This document shows positions 30,118 through 40,047 of a stretch of 64,000 bases of DNA, piece after piece. Position numbers and translations under genes: made by a program. The notes under the pieces were generated by a model. The model worked only from the letters and a program-made list of their open reading frames with translations, did no database searches and was not told where the DNA came from. Numbering within the stretch: position 1 is the first letter of the stretch; the number at the start of each line of letters is the position of its first letter. The stretch comes from an uncultured candidatus Porisulfidus sp. (GTDB taxonomy: Bacteria > Pseudomonadota > Gammaproteobacteria > Poriferisulfidales > Poriferisulfidaceae), in assembly GCA_965116025.1 (NCBI GenBank), contig OZ220480.1, positions 384,001-448,000 on the forward strand, written 5' to 3'.

Positions 30118-33100
30118 TCAGAAGCGAACCTTCAGCAGGACGCTCGCGCCGTAATCGTGATTGTCGCCGTCCGACGCCGCGTAGTGAGCGTCACCCGATA
30201 GCGTCGACTCCCCTTGCGCGTCCAAGACCATCACGCCCCCGCTGCCCAAACGCGCCCACGTGGACTCCACCTCCGAGCGCAGCCGCGACCCCGAAGCCAT
30301 CACGTCCCGGCTCTCCGACAGCTCGCGCTCCACGTCCAATGAGGCGTACGTCTCGCCGTTCTCCAACAGTACCCCGATACGCGCCCGCGCGCTGTCCTCC
30401 GAGCGAAACGACACCCGACCGCTTCCAGCAACGCCCGAAACGTCGGCGAAGTCGTCGACATCCACCCATGTCCACGTCAATCCTCCGCGCGGGATCAGCG
30501 CGAAGCCGTCCATCTCCATGCGCCTGCCGACCTCCACGCCGACCGCGTGACCCTCTCCGTCCAGACCGGACGCCACCATCCCCCGAGTCTCCGAGCTCAG
30601 GTCGACATCCTCGAAACGCGTGTACGAGAGCTCCCCGTCCGCGTACCAGCCGTCCTCCCCCCGCCAAGTCGCCGATGCCCCGACGCCCACGCCCGAGACC
30701 TCGATCTTCCCGCCCCGCGCGACGTCCGCCTCGCCGTCGCGGTAGTGCGCGCTCACGCCCAGCATCAGCCCCGGCGCGTCCGTAGGAACGACGATGCCCG
30801 TCTCCACGCCCCAGCGCTCGAAATCCCAAGACAGCGCGCGACCCGCATCGTCCATCTCGGTCGTGGATGTCTCCACCTCCCGCTCGCCGTCGCTCGCCAA
30901 CACCCGCGCCCACGCGCCCCCGCCGTCCCGCGTCGCCGACAAACGCGCCTGACGACCGCCCGGCGCGCTCATCTCCAGCAGCACCGACGGCAGCGCCTCG
31001 TACACCCGAGCCCGGGCATGGTACGTCCGGCTGATCTCCTTCTCGGAGTCCACCTGGAACTGATGCCCGCCCGTGATCGACCTCAGCGTGACCATCCGCT
31101 CGAACACCGCGTCGTACACCCCATGCGTCCCCGTCTTCCCCGACGTCGCCTTCACCGCGTCCCCCACGGCGATCATCTTCTTCGCGCCGGCCATCAACTC
31201 CCGCTGGAAGACGTTCGGCGCGTCCTTTCCACTGTTCAGGAATTTCCCCATGACGAAAGCGATCTGCCCATGCTCGTTCTCCTTCAGGGTGACATGCAGC
31301 GCCTTGTCCGCGCTCACCGCGATCCCCGACGTCGCGCCGATCTCCGCCTTCGGCCCGATCATCAGCGTCCCGCCGTTCACCATCCGAACGCCGGCGTGCT
31401 CGCCGCCGCCGCCCATCACCTTGCCGTTGATGGTGACCGTCTGGTCGTAGTGCCCCGCCCGGGTAGCGTGATCTTCCGCGAAGGTCCGCATGCCCTTGAC
31501 ATGCACCCCGTCCTTCTTGGCCCGGATCGTCGCCATCTCCCCTACCGTGACGCTGATCTTCCCGGCTTTCGGCGCGTCCTCGTCCTCGTAGGTGGTGGCC
31601 GTCTCCGCGTGCACGCCATGCCCGTCCGCCATGATCGTTCCGCCAGCCACGTCGATCTTGATCGGGACGATCATCTCGATGTCCTGTACCCCCTCCGCGT
31701 CGTTCAAGTCTTTCACATAGGCGAGAATGCCGTCGCCCTTCGACGTGACGCTCCCTTTCGACGTGATCTCGATCTTCCCGATCTTGGCCTCGTAGGTGGA
31801 GGGGGCTTGAGAGTCGACCGCCGTCTCGTCGGAAGCCGCCTGGGGCCGCGAACTCCCATGAACGGCGAGGATGCCGGCGGTCCTGCCTTTCAGGTCCGCC
31901 AATTCCATCTTTTCAGACTCCGTTATGGAATCCACGTCACTGTCCAAGATATCGAGCGCGTCGCCCGCGACGATCTCGCCCTTCAAGTGCTTCGCGACCA
32001 CGTCGCCCCAGCCGCGATGCAGAGCGGCCACCCCCGAGCCCTTCGCGTGGATGAAGCCTTCGTTGGTGACCGTGATATCAGTCTCGTCAGTAGAATTGAC
32101 CACATTAGTGAACACGCCGTGTCCGCCAACCGGAGTCCCCGCGGTCCCGATCATCGCTCCCTCGGATACCGTCACCCGGATCGCTCCCCCGTAGATTTGC
32201 TGCTGGACGAGCACGCCATGCCGACCCACGGTCGGCTCGTCTCCCTCCACGCCGATCCGCGCCCCGGACTTCAGCGTCACCTCAATGCCGCTGGGTTTCA
32301 CGACGGCCGCCGGTTTGGTCGGTCGGAACCGATACGCATGGATGCCATCGCCACCTTCGCCAGCTGTGCCCGTCCGGGTGATCGCGCCCGCCAGATCCAC
32401 CTTGACGAGACCCCCGTTATGCTCATGATGAATTTTGATCCCGTGGCCGTTCAATCCGCCCCCCATGAGGCTCCCTCCCGTCACGTTGATCGTGACCGGA
32501 ACCACGGAATCGTCGTCCCCTTTCGTCGTGACTCGAATGCCTTCCGTCCACCAATAGGGCGCGACGCCCGGGTCCGTCACGACCTCGATGTCGCCGCTCG
32601 ACGTGATCGAGACCTCGCTGCTGGCCTGCCCGTCCGCGGCCGGAGCGCTCTTGTCCTCGTGAAACACGTGAATCCCGGCGCGCGCGTACGCGCTTCGAGT
32701 TTCCACATGCCCGCTCTCCGTCGGATTCGCCATTTTCAGATAGCGGAGCGGATGGCTCTGAACCACGATCTTGCCCTCATGGACGATCGTGATGTCACCG
32801 CCGCCAGAAGACGAGCCCGGGGCTATCCAAACATCCCTAAGCCAGCGCTCTTCCAGACCCTCGTCCTGGAGATTCCCCGCCGACGCCCGGATCCCTTGCG
32901 AGGTCACGCTATTCTTCGCCGTCTTGATCACGGTGTCGCCCCCGCCCGAGCGATGCGCCAGTATCCCGGCATACGTCCCGTAAATCTCGCCCGCGTTCGT
33001 CACGCTGATGTCCGTGTCATGCTGAAAGTACGCTAGAACGCCGTACCCGCCCATCGGTTTGTCCTCGGTTCCGATCCGCGCCTCGTCTCCCACCATCACC

Positions 33101-33710
33101 TCGGCGCGGTCCTTCTGAGCGTCGGCGTCGCTTCCCAAGTGCTTCACGTAGACGCCGTGGTTGAGCCCCGCCCCGCGGTCCCTCGAATCAATGGCCTTCC
33201 CGATGCGCGTGACCGTCGTGGACAGCCCCGTCACGAGCCTCCGGGTCGCCCCGCTCTCAATGCGGACCCGCCCATCGAGAACGACTTTCTTCAGGGCGCC
33301 GGGCCCGCTCAGGACGATCCCCGGCCGAGCGTCGCTCGCGCCACTGGGTATTCCACTGGACGTGATGGTGACCGTGCCCGCCCCGGAAGGCTGGACCGTC
33401 AGCGTCACGCTCCGGCCTGGCGCGGCGAGATCGTATCCGATCGGCGGGCCGTCGGCCTTGGTGTAGGTCGGGTCGTCGCAAGTGACTTCGGCGGCGCCCG
33501 AGCCGCTGGGAAGGTCGCCGCAGTTTCCCGTGTCCGCCGCCATGGCGGAGTGCGGAATCAGCGGAATGGAGAGAACGGCCGTCAATCCGGCCAGAACGGT
33601 CAGGAAACGGAGGCTATGCCCCCCCCCCCCCCCCCCCCCCCTACGCGGGAAGACGACGAGGCGACGCGAAACGCGGCGCGAATCTCGGAAACGGACAGGT
33701 TCTTGGTCAT
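30118..33710 (-). CDS. Autotransporter 2, paralog of autotransporter 1, frameshifted in leader at G23 tract; putative phase-variable OFF state
   Basis: ATG 33710 reads MTKNLSVSEIRAAFRVASSSSRV-(G)n then stops at 33600; the main frame resumes HSLRFLTVLAGLTAVLSIPLIPHSAMA into ORF 30118..33585, ending YGASVLLKVRF. Confidence 0.87.
33619..33641. repeat. C23 homopolymer (G23 on coding strand) in autotransporter 2 signal-peptide region
   Basis: Direct count; same flanks as the 19151 tract (GGCTATG-Cn-TACGCGGGAAGACGACGAGGCGACGCG). Confidence 0.9.
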
Positions 33711-33860
33711 TATTCGTCCCTTTTCAAGGATCAATCTCGGATGGCCGCGCATTATACCCCCAGCGCCCGCGCGCTTCCAAACCAAAATAATCGCGCCGAA
33801 TCGCCACCGCCGAGCGCGCCCTGTATAATGCCACGCTCCGGCTAGCGGCCCCGGACCAAA

Positions 33861-33936
33861 GGCCAGGTAGCTCAGTCGGTAGAGCAGGGGACTGAAAATC
33901 CCCGTGTCGGCGGTTCGATTCCGTCCCTGGCCACCA
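33861..33936 (+). tRNA. tRNA-Phe(GAA)
   Basis: GGCCAGG acceptor stem, anticodon loop CTGAAAA, GGTTCGATTCC, CCA end; TATAAT at 33824-33829. Confidence 0.97.
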
Positions 33937-34003
33937 GATCTCTCTCCGCAACCTCGTCAAGAGCCTCGTGGGCATCCTTCGATCGAGGTCCGGCCCGCGC
34001 CCT

Positions 34004-35393
34004 TCAAAATTCTTGCGAGAAGCTGATCTCGAGATCGAATTGATAGATCTCGATCTCGATCATTTGCGAGGGATCGAACGGATTCGGGCCTCTTTGCCGC
34101 TCCGTCGGAGAGTACATGAAGGCGGCGCTGATCTCCCGATCACCGGACAATTTTTTGGCCAGGCCGATGGTGTAGTGGTTCTCCACGACCGCCGGTGCCA
34201 AGATGTTCAGCAACGTCTCGTCGCGCGGAATGGGGTGCTCGGCGAAGCTCGCGCCCACGCGAAGCGTCAGGTCCGGAGAGATCGCGTACCGCGCGCCGAT
34301 CCTGTACACATTCATATCCTCCCAGCCGAACCCCGCTCCATGGTCGCCCCCGAGGCGGCTTTCCGGTCGTCCCCGCCCAGCGTCGGACAGCGGAAGACGT
34401 TCGAGACCGGATTCGCCACCGAATCGATCTCGCCGTACCAGATTTTCTGGAAATCGAAGACCAAGACCAGACCGCTTGATGATTTCAGGGCGAAGCCAGC
34501 CGTCATCGAGGGTGGAATGTCGAAATCCCCGTCCTCGGCGAACAAACTCGCGTAGTCGTCGAGCTCGGTCATGAACATCCGCGACTGATACGCCAAGCCG
34601 ATGTCCAGATACGAGACCGGGCTCCACAGCATTCCCACCCTCGCTCCGTAGCCGAACGAGAAATCCCGGCCCTTGTCGGTGAGACCGTCGGGCCACTTCT
34701 CTCCGTCGCTTCGCGCGACATCCTCGGTATACCCGGTGAACGCGGAAAGCCCCTTCCCTCGGAACGCCTGGACCGCCAGTACCGGGCTCACGCCCAGCGA
34801 AAGTCGCTCGCCGACCTTCCGCGAGTAGATGATCACCAGGAACAGCTGGGTCAGATCCACGCCGGCGACGCCCCTCCATACGTCCCTGGAAAGCTCTGGA
34901 CAGGCTTGGGCCCGGAGCCATCCGGGTCGAACGTGGCGATTCCCTCGTTCCACACCGTGTTCATCCCGCCATTCGCGTACAGGGTGATGCCCAGCGAGCT
35001 TCGCTCGTCCAACGGGTGGTTGTAGCCGACTGGGGGGACCGGAAAGCAGTCGCGGTCGCTGTCCATGTCGTTGGGCCCCACCGTGAAAGCGACGCCCGGG
35101 CCATTCGCCGCGCTCGCGCCCTTCTCGTAGGCCTGCCGGGGGCTGAAAATGGCCAAGCCCGCGTCGAGTCTTCGTCCTAGATGGACCATTCCCGCGGGAT
35201 TCGTCGCCGCCGCGATCGCGTCTTGCGGAAGCATCACCCCCGCGCCCGCCATACCCTTGCTTTTCGTCCCGTATCCGTGCGCGAAATAGCCATTCGTCGC
35301 CATCGCGCACGGCACCGCCAGCGCGCAAGCCACGCACGCCCACAAGACGCCAGGCCAGATCCCGTCGCGCATGACGTTCCTCCGCGCGCGCAT
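34004..35393 (-). pseudogene. FadL/TodX-family outer membrane transport protein with two frameshifts
   Basis: Three consecutive frames: signal peptide-TNGYFAHGYGTKSKGMAGAG..NPAG..GGMNT; then AGVDLTQLF..DFDIP; then GFGWEDM..LLNILAPAVVENH..SQEF. Single-base losses near 34872 and 34365; could be sequencing errors. Confidence 0.8.
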
Positions 35394-35477
35394 CCCGGAC
35401 GTCTCGAGTCTACCGAACGCCCCCCGCGAGTCAATTCTCGCCTCTGGCGTCCGCGCGCGCTCGGCCGCGCCTAATTG

Positions 35478-37873
35478 CAGACATCCTGACCTGGTAGTCT
35501 GATATCGCGGGCGGGCGGCCCCTCGAACCGCCTTGATTTTCCTGTTTTCTCTGGCGTTCCGGGTCGGCGCGCGCTGGCGTTTTTCCCGGTCTCGTGATAT
35601 AATATTATTATGACGCATAATGTAGGAGATCGCGTGTCCGGACTTCCCCTCAGCCCGACCGAGGCCACCCCCATCAGCGGCTCCCTCTCGTGGGCCGTCA
35701 TCGACGACATCGTCTGGTACTTCTCCGGTCTCCAGCCGATCGACTTCCATCTCGCCGGAGACCGGAAATCCCGGTTGCTGCGGGTGGCGAAGCTACGCCT
35801 GGCCAACCGGGTGCCAGAGGGCGATCTGGCGCGCGCCTTCGACCTATCGCGCTCGACGGTCACGCGGGCGGCGCGGAAGCTTCGCGAGCGGGGCGAGGCG
35901 GCGTTCCGGGAGCCGACGCTTCGGCCCGGGGCCGGGCGGCGGCGCAGCGTGGTGACCCCGGAGAAGGCGCGCCGCGCCGAGCGCATGCTGGCCGAGGGGG
36001 AGACCCGCGGCGCGTGCGCGGCGGCCCTCGGCATCCCGATCAGCACGTTCTACGAGAACCTGCGCGCCGGGGTCATCCACAAGCCGGCGCCCGACCCGGG
36101 GGCGTCCGAGCGCTCCGAGCGCGCGGAGCGAGACCGTAAGCCGGCGCGCGGGCGCGCCTGCCACGACGACGAGCGCCGGCGGCTCGCCGCCGCCGGAACG
36201 CTGGCCGAGGCCGCGCCCCGCTTCGACCGCCCGGCCCGCTCGGTCGCCGGCGGCGGCGTCCTCGCCGCCCTTCCCGCCCTGCTCCGGGAAGGACTGCTGG
36301 AGCCCGCCCGCCGCATGCTCCGCCTGCCCGACGGCTACTACGGACTGTCCGCCGTGCTGCTCACCTGCGCCTTCCTGACCCTCTCCCGCGCCCGCGCCCC
36401 CGAGGCCCTGCGCCACCAGGCGCCCGGAGAGTGGGGCCTCCCGCTCGGACTCGACCGCTGCCCCGAGGTCAAGACCCTGCGCCGGAAGACGGCCCTGATC
36501 ACCGATGCCGAGGAGACCGTCCACGCTTGGCAGAGCGCCCTGGCGCGCGCCTGGATGGAGGACGAGCGCGACGACTGGATGACCTTGGCCGTGGACGGCC
36601 ACGTCAAGGTCTACCACGGACGAAAGGGGCGCTTGCCCAAGGGCTTCGTCTCGCGCCAGAAGCTGTGTCTGCCGGCGTCCGCCAGCTACTGGGTCAACGT
36701 CCTTGGCGGCAAGCCCCTGCTGTGCCTGCATAAGAAGCTGGACCCGAAGCTGACGCGCGCCCTGGAGGAGGACGTCCTGCCCGAGCTGGAGCGGATGGGT
36801 CAGGTTCCCGCGTCCGCGCCAGACCTGCGCCAGGGCGGGCGCCCGATGGCCACCCTGGCGTTCGACCGCGAGGGCTGGAGCCCGCAGCTGTTCGCGCGCC
36901 TGGCGCGCCGTGGCGTCGCCTGCGTGACCTGGCGCAAGGGCTCCCGAGAGGACGACTGGCCGCGCGCCGAGTTCCACTCATGCGCGGTTCCGGTTCACGG
37001 CCCGGTCGGGAGAGGCGGCTCGCTGACCGTCTCGCTGGCCGAGCGCCGGGTCGAGCTGCGCGACGGCCTTCAGGTTCGGGAGATCCGCCGCCTGCTGGAG
37101 AGTGGGCGGCAGGCGGCGCTGATCACGACCCACCCGGACATGCCGACCGAGGAGGTCGCCGGCGCCATGTTCTCGCGCTGGTCGCAGGAGAACTTCTTCA
37201 AATACATGCGCGAGGAGTTCCGGCTCGACGCCTTGCCGGAGCATGCCGTGGAGCCGCTCGACCCGGAGACCCGGGTGGTCAATCCCGAGCGGCGGGAGGC
37301 GCGGAAAGAAGTCGAGCGGATCAAGCGGAGGCTTCAGTCCGTCGAGACGCGGGCTCGCCGGAAGCGCGCGAGGGGAACGGACGCGACCGGGCTTGAGGCC
37401 GAGGCGCGCGCGCTTCGGAAGCGTCTTGAGGAAGAGACGCTCCGCCGCGACGGGCTGCCTGCCCACGTGCGCGCCGGGGAGCTCCCGAAAGAGCGGCGGC
37501 TCGACGCCTTGCCGGTCGCCCGGCGCCTGTTCGCCGATCTCATCCGCATGATCTGCTACCGCGCCGAGACCCGCATGATGGCGGCCTCGGTCGCGGCGCC
37601 GGGGCGGAAGCCCTTGGCGCGCAAAGCGCTCGCCGCCCTGATGCGGGCCGACGCCCATCTCCGGCCCGACCCGGAGCGCGGCGTCCTTGAGGTTGAGCTG
37701 CTCGGCTTCGCCAACGCCGCCGCCGAGCGAGCCCTCCGCCCGCTGCTCGACGAGCTCAATCGAACCGAAACCCGCTACCCCGGAACCGACCTCCAGCTCG
37801 TCTATCGCGTCGCCGGCGAGCCGCCCACCGAGGAATAGCGCGTCATCCTATAATCATTAGGTCAGGATGTCTG
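35478..37873 (+). mobile_element. Complete 2396-bp insertion sequence, family unassigned
   Basis: Perfect 15-bp terminal inverted repeats CAGACATCCTGACCT (35478-35492 and 37859-37873); 5-bp target duplication AATTG (35473-35477 and 37874-37878); one large transposase ORF. Confidence 0.92.
35610..37838 (+). CDS. Large putative DDE transposase with N-terminal HTH domains
   Basis: HTH-like segments, LGLDRCPEVKTLR, VDGH, FDREG, RWSQENFFKY acidic triad candidates; lies within TIRs. Confidence 0.85.
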   Translation: MTHNVGDRVSGLPLSPTEATPISGSLSWAVIDDIVWYFSGLQPIDFHLAGDRKSRLLRVAKLRLANRVPEGDLARAFDLSRSTVTRAARKLRERGEAAFREPTLRPGAGRRRSVVTPEKARRAERMLAEGETRGACAAALGIPISTFYENLRAGVIHKPAPDPGASERSERAERDRKPARGRACHDDERRRLAAAGTLAEAAPRFDRPARSVAGGGVLAALPALLREGLLEPARRMLRLPDGYYGLSAVLLTCAFLTLSRARAPEALRHQAPGEWGLPLGLDRCPEVKTLRRKTALITDAEETVHAWQSALARAWMEDERDDWMTLAVDGHVKVYHGRKGRLPKGFVSRQKLCLPASASYWVNVLGGKPLLCLHKKLDPKLTRALEEDVLPELERMGQVPASAPDLRQGGRPMATLAFDREGWSPQLFARLARRGVACVTWRKGSREDDWPRAEFHSCAVPVHGPVGRGGSLTVSLAERRVELRDGLQVREIRRLLESGRQAALITTHPDMPTEEVAGAMFSRWSQENFFKYMREEFRLDALPEHAVEPLDPETRVVNPERREARKEVERIKRRLQSVETRARRKRARGTDATGLEAEARALRKRLEEETLRRDGLPAHVRAGELPKERRLDALPVARRLFADLIRMICYRAETRMMAASVAAPGRKPLARKALAALMRADAHLRPDPERGVLEVELLGFANAAAERALRPLLDELNRTETRYPGTDLQLVYRVAGEPPTEE

Positions 37874-38189
37874 AATTGTGGCGCCCGCGCGGGACGTACC
37901 GTCCGTCCTCGAATCCGCTGAAGATCTGGTCGACCAGCGGATGCCGGATCGGGCGCGGGTCCTCCTCCCGCTCCAAGTTGCGCTCCGCGACGTACGTCTC
38001 GACCGGCCGCTCGTCCACCAGAACCCGATACCAGGGCCGGTCCCGGGGTGGGCGGGACCGCGCGTTGCGCTCGTACCACTCGTCGCTCCCCCGGAACGTC
38101 GGGTCCACGTCGAAGACCACGCCCCGATAGCCGAACAGTCGGTGCGCGACCAGTTGTCCCGGGGCGAATAGCGCCTGACTCTCGCGCAT
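37857..38189 (-). CDS. hspQ: Heat shock protein HspQ (YccV-like), C-terminus extended by the IS
   Basis: F..GQLV.HRLFGYRGVVFDVDP, PWYRVLV, TYVAERNL, HPLV. Confidence 0.9.
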   Translation of the reverse strand: MRESQALFAPGQLVAHRLFGYRGVVFDVDPTFRGSDEWYERNARSRPPRDRPWYRVLVDERPVETYVAERNLEREEDPRPIRHPLVDQIFSGFEDGRYVPRGRHNSDILT

Positions 38190-38249
38190 CTCCCTCAGCC
38201 CTGCTCCCGCCACTTGCTATACTGGCGAAAATCGCTAGGCGCGACGCTT

Positions 38250-38519
38250 ATGGAACGCACCGTCGAACAACGAGTTTTGGTCATGACGCGCAAGATTTTG
38301 GCACAGATCGTGCGGGAAGTCACGCCGCCTCCCGGCATGAAGAGTCCCTTGTCCCCCCAGACCATTCAGGACATACGGAAAGCGTTCGAGCTGATCTCCG
38401 CGCGGGAGCGAGAGTTGATGGAGGCCGCCGGGAACCCAACCCAGGAGCGGCCCCGATACGCGGACGAGCCGAAAACCGCGGCGACCGCGCCGATGCCCAA
38501 GCGAAAGCTGGACTCATGA
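38250..38519 (+). CDS. Small hypothetical protein
   Basis: EQRVL..TRKILAQIVREVTPPPGMKSPLS.QTIQDIR..FELISAREREL; ATGA overlap with the next gene. Confidence 0.7.
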   Translation: MERTVEQRVLVMTRKILAQIVREVTPPPGMKSPLSPQTIQDIRKAFELISARERELMEAAGNPTQERPRYADEPKTAATAPMPKRKLDS

Positions 38520-38914
38520 TCGCCACGTCGGAATCGCGGGAGCGGATGGCGCGCCAGGCCATGGCGGCGCTCGACCAATGGCGCCTCAACACGGACGAGA
38601 TCGTGGCCATTCTGGCGTTGCCGGAGAAGACCCGCGGCGCGCAGCTGGAGCGCTTCCGCCACGGCGAGGCCCTGCCGAACGACCCGCCCCTGATGACGCG
38701 CGCGGAGCACATCGTCGGCATCGCCGACGCCCTGCGCACATCGTTTCCCCGCAACAGCCGCATCGGGGCCCGCTGGCTGGTCACCCCGCATCGGCGGTTC
38801 CGCAAGCGCACCCCTCTGTCGCTGATGATCGAGGATGGCGTCAACGGCCTGTGCCGGGTGCGAGCGGAGCTGGACTGCTCCTTCTCCTGGACGCGGTCGC
38901 AGGAGGCCCCCTGA
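38516..38914 (+). CDS. Xre/MbcA/ParS-type (DUF2384-like) antitoxin-domain protein
   Basis: C-terminal W..TPHRRFRKRTPLSLMIEDG..GL.RVRAELD pattern; translationally coupled on both sides. Confidence 0.65.
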   Translation: MIATSESRERMARQAMAALDQWRLNTDEIVAILALPEKTRGAQLERFRHGEALPNDPPLMTRAEHIVGIADALRTSFPRNSRIGARWLVTPHRRFRKRTPLSLMIEDGVNGLCRVRAELDCSFSWTRSQEAP

Positions 38915-39324
38915 TGTCCGAGATCTCCATTCCGGTGGTCGCCGAGGGGGTCGAGATCACCTTGGAGAACAAGTGCGGCTTCTGCACCAACTCCCTGTGC
39001 TGCCACTACGTCACCCAGGAGATCGACACGCCTCGGTCCAAATACGACTACGAGCACCTGCTCTGGCAGGTCTCGCACGACCGGGTCAGCGCCTACAAGG
39101 ACTCCGACGGCTGGACCCTGATGTTCGAGACCGCCTGCGCGCACCTGCGGGAGGACGGGCGTTGCGGGATTTACGAGGCCCGCCCGCAAATCTGCCGCGA
39201 TCATCGCAACGATTTCTGCGAGTACGACCAGCCGGCCGAGGAGGGCTTCGACCTGTACTTCCCGGACTATGAGAGTCTCCTCGCGTACTGCAAGAAGCGC
39301 TTCAAGCGATGGGAGCGGGGCTAG
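38914..39324 (+). CDS. YkgJ-family cysteine cluster (Fe-S/Zn) protein
   Basis: CGFC...CC, CAHL..DGRCGIYEARPQICR; AGGAGG RBS. Confidence 0.85.
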   Translation: MSEISIPVVAEGVEITLENKCGFCTNSLCCHYVTQEIDTPRSKYDYEHLLWQVSHDRVSAYKDSDGWTLMFETACAHLREDGRCGIYEARPQICRDHRNDFCEYDQPAEEGFDLYFPDYESLLAYCKKRFKRWERG

Positions 39325-39973
39325 GCGGCATGATCTCCGAGAAGTCCCGGATCGCGGGATACGGCAGGCTCCTCCGCTCCGGCTGGCCGCTGTCCGGACG
39401 CCGGACCGTGAGCAGGCAGCCGATGCCCGCCCTTCTCGCGTGCGCCAGAACGTCGACGTCGTCGTCCACCATGAGCGTGCGGGCCGGCTCGTGCGGCACC
39501 GCGTCCCGCAACGCCTTCCAGAATCCCGCGCTTTCCTTAGGCGTCTGGAACTCGTGGGAGCTGATGACCTTCCGGAAATAGGGACGGATCTGGGATTCCT
39601 CCAGCTTGATGTCGACGAACTTCGGGTGCGAGTTGGTGACGAGGTAACAGGGCCTGCGACTGTCGTTGATCCGTCCCAGAAACTCCTCGATACGGGGCAT
39701 CCGCGTCACCCGATGGCGGATTTCCCGCTTCAGCGCGACCACGTCCAGACCCAGCTCCTCGCTCCAGTAGTCGGCGCAATACCACTGCAACGTGCCCCGG
39801 ATCTCGCGGTAGCGCGCGGTCAGATTCGCCCGGGCTTCCGCAACGTCCATCCCGTACGCCTCGGCGAAGCGCCGCGGCAGATGGTGAAACCAGAAGTGGG
39901 AATCGAACCGCAGGTCCAGCAACGTCCCGTCCATGTCCAGAAAGACGGTGTCGATGGCCTCCCAGTCGATCAT
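39302..39973 (-). CDS. yrfG: GMP/IMP nucleotidase (HAD)
   Basis: IDWEAIDTVFLDMDGTLLDLRFDSHFW, GTLQWYC.DYWS, LVTNSHP. Confidence 0.9.
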   Translation of the reverse strand: MIDWEAIDTVFLDMDGTLLDLRFDSHFWFHHLPRRFAEAYGMDVAEARANLTARYREIRGTLQWYCADYWSEELGLDVVALKREIRHRVTRMPRIEEFLGRINDSRRPCYLVTNSHPKFVDIKLEESQIRPYFRKVISSHEFQTPKESAGFWKALRDAVPHEPARTLMVDDDVDVLAHARRAGIGCLLTVRRPDSGQPERRSLPYPAIRDFSEIMPPSPAPIA

Positions 39974-40047
39974 GCGTAATGGCGCTCCGCGCCGGATTCT
40001 ACACTCCCTTCCGCCGCGATTTGCTACGATGGGCGCGAACTCGACCA

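Noticed and set aside
15734-33710. Diversity-generating retroelement explaining autotransporter variation
   Set aside because: No reverse transcriptase in the window, and the differences include indels rather than adenine-restricted substitutions.
33861-33936. tRNA-Phe or the tRNA cluster as an island integration site
   Set aside because: No integrase and no duplicated tRNA 3' end were seen in the window.
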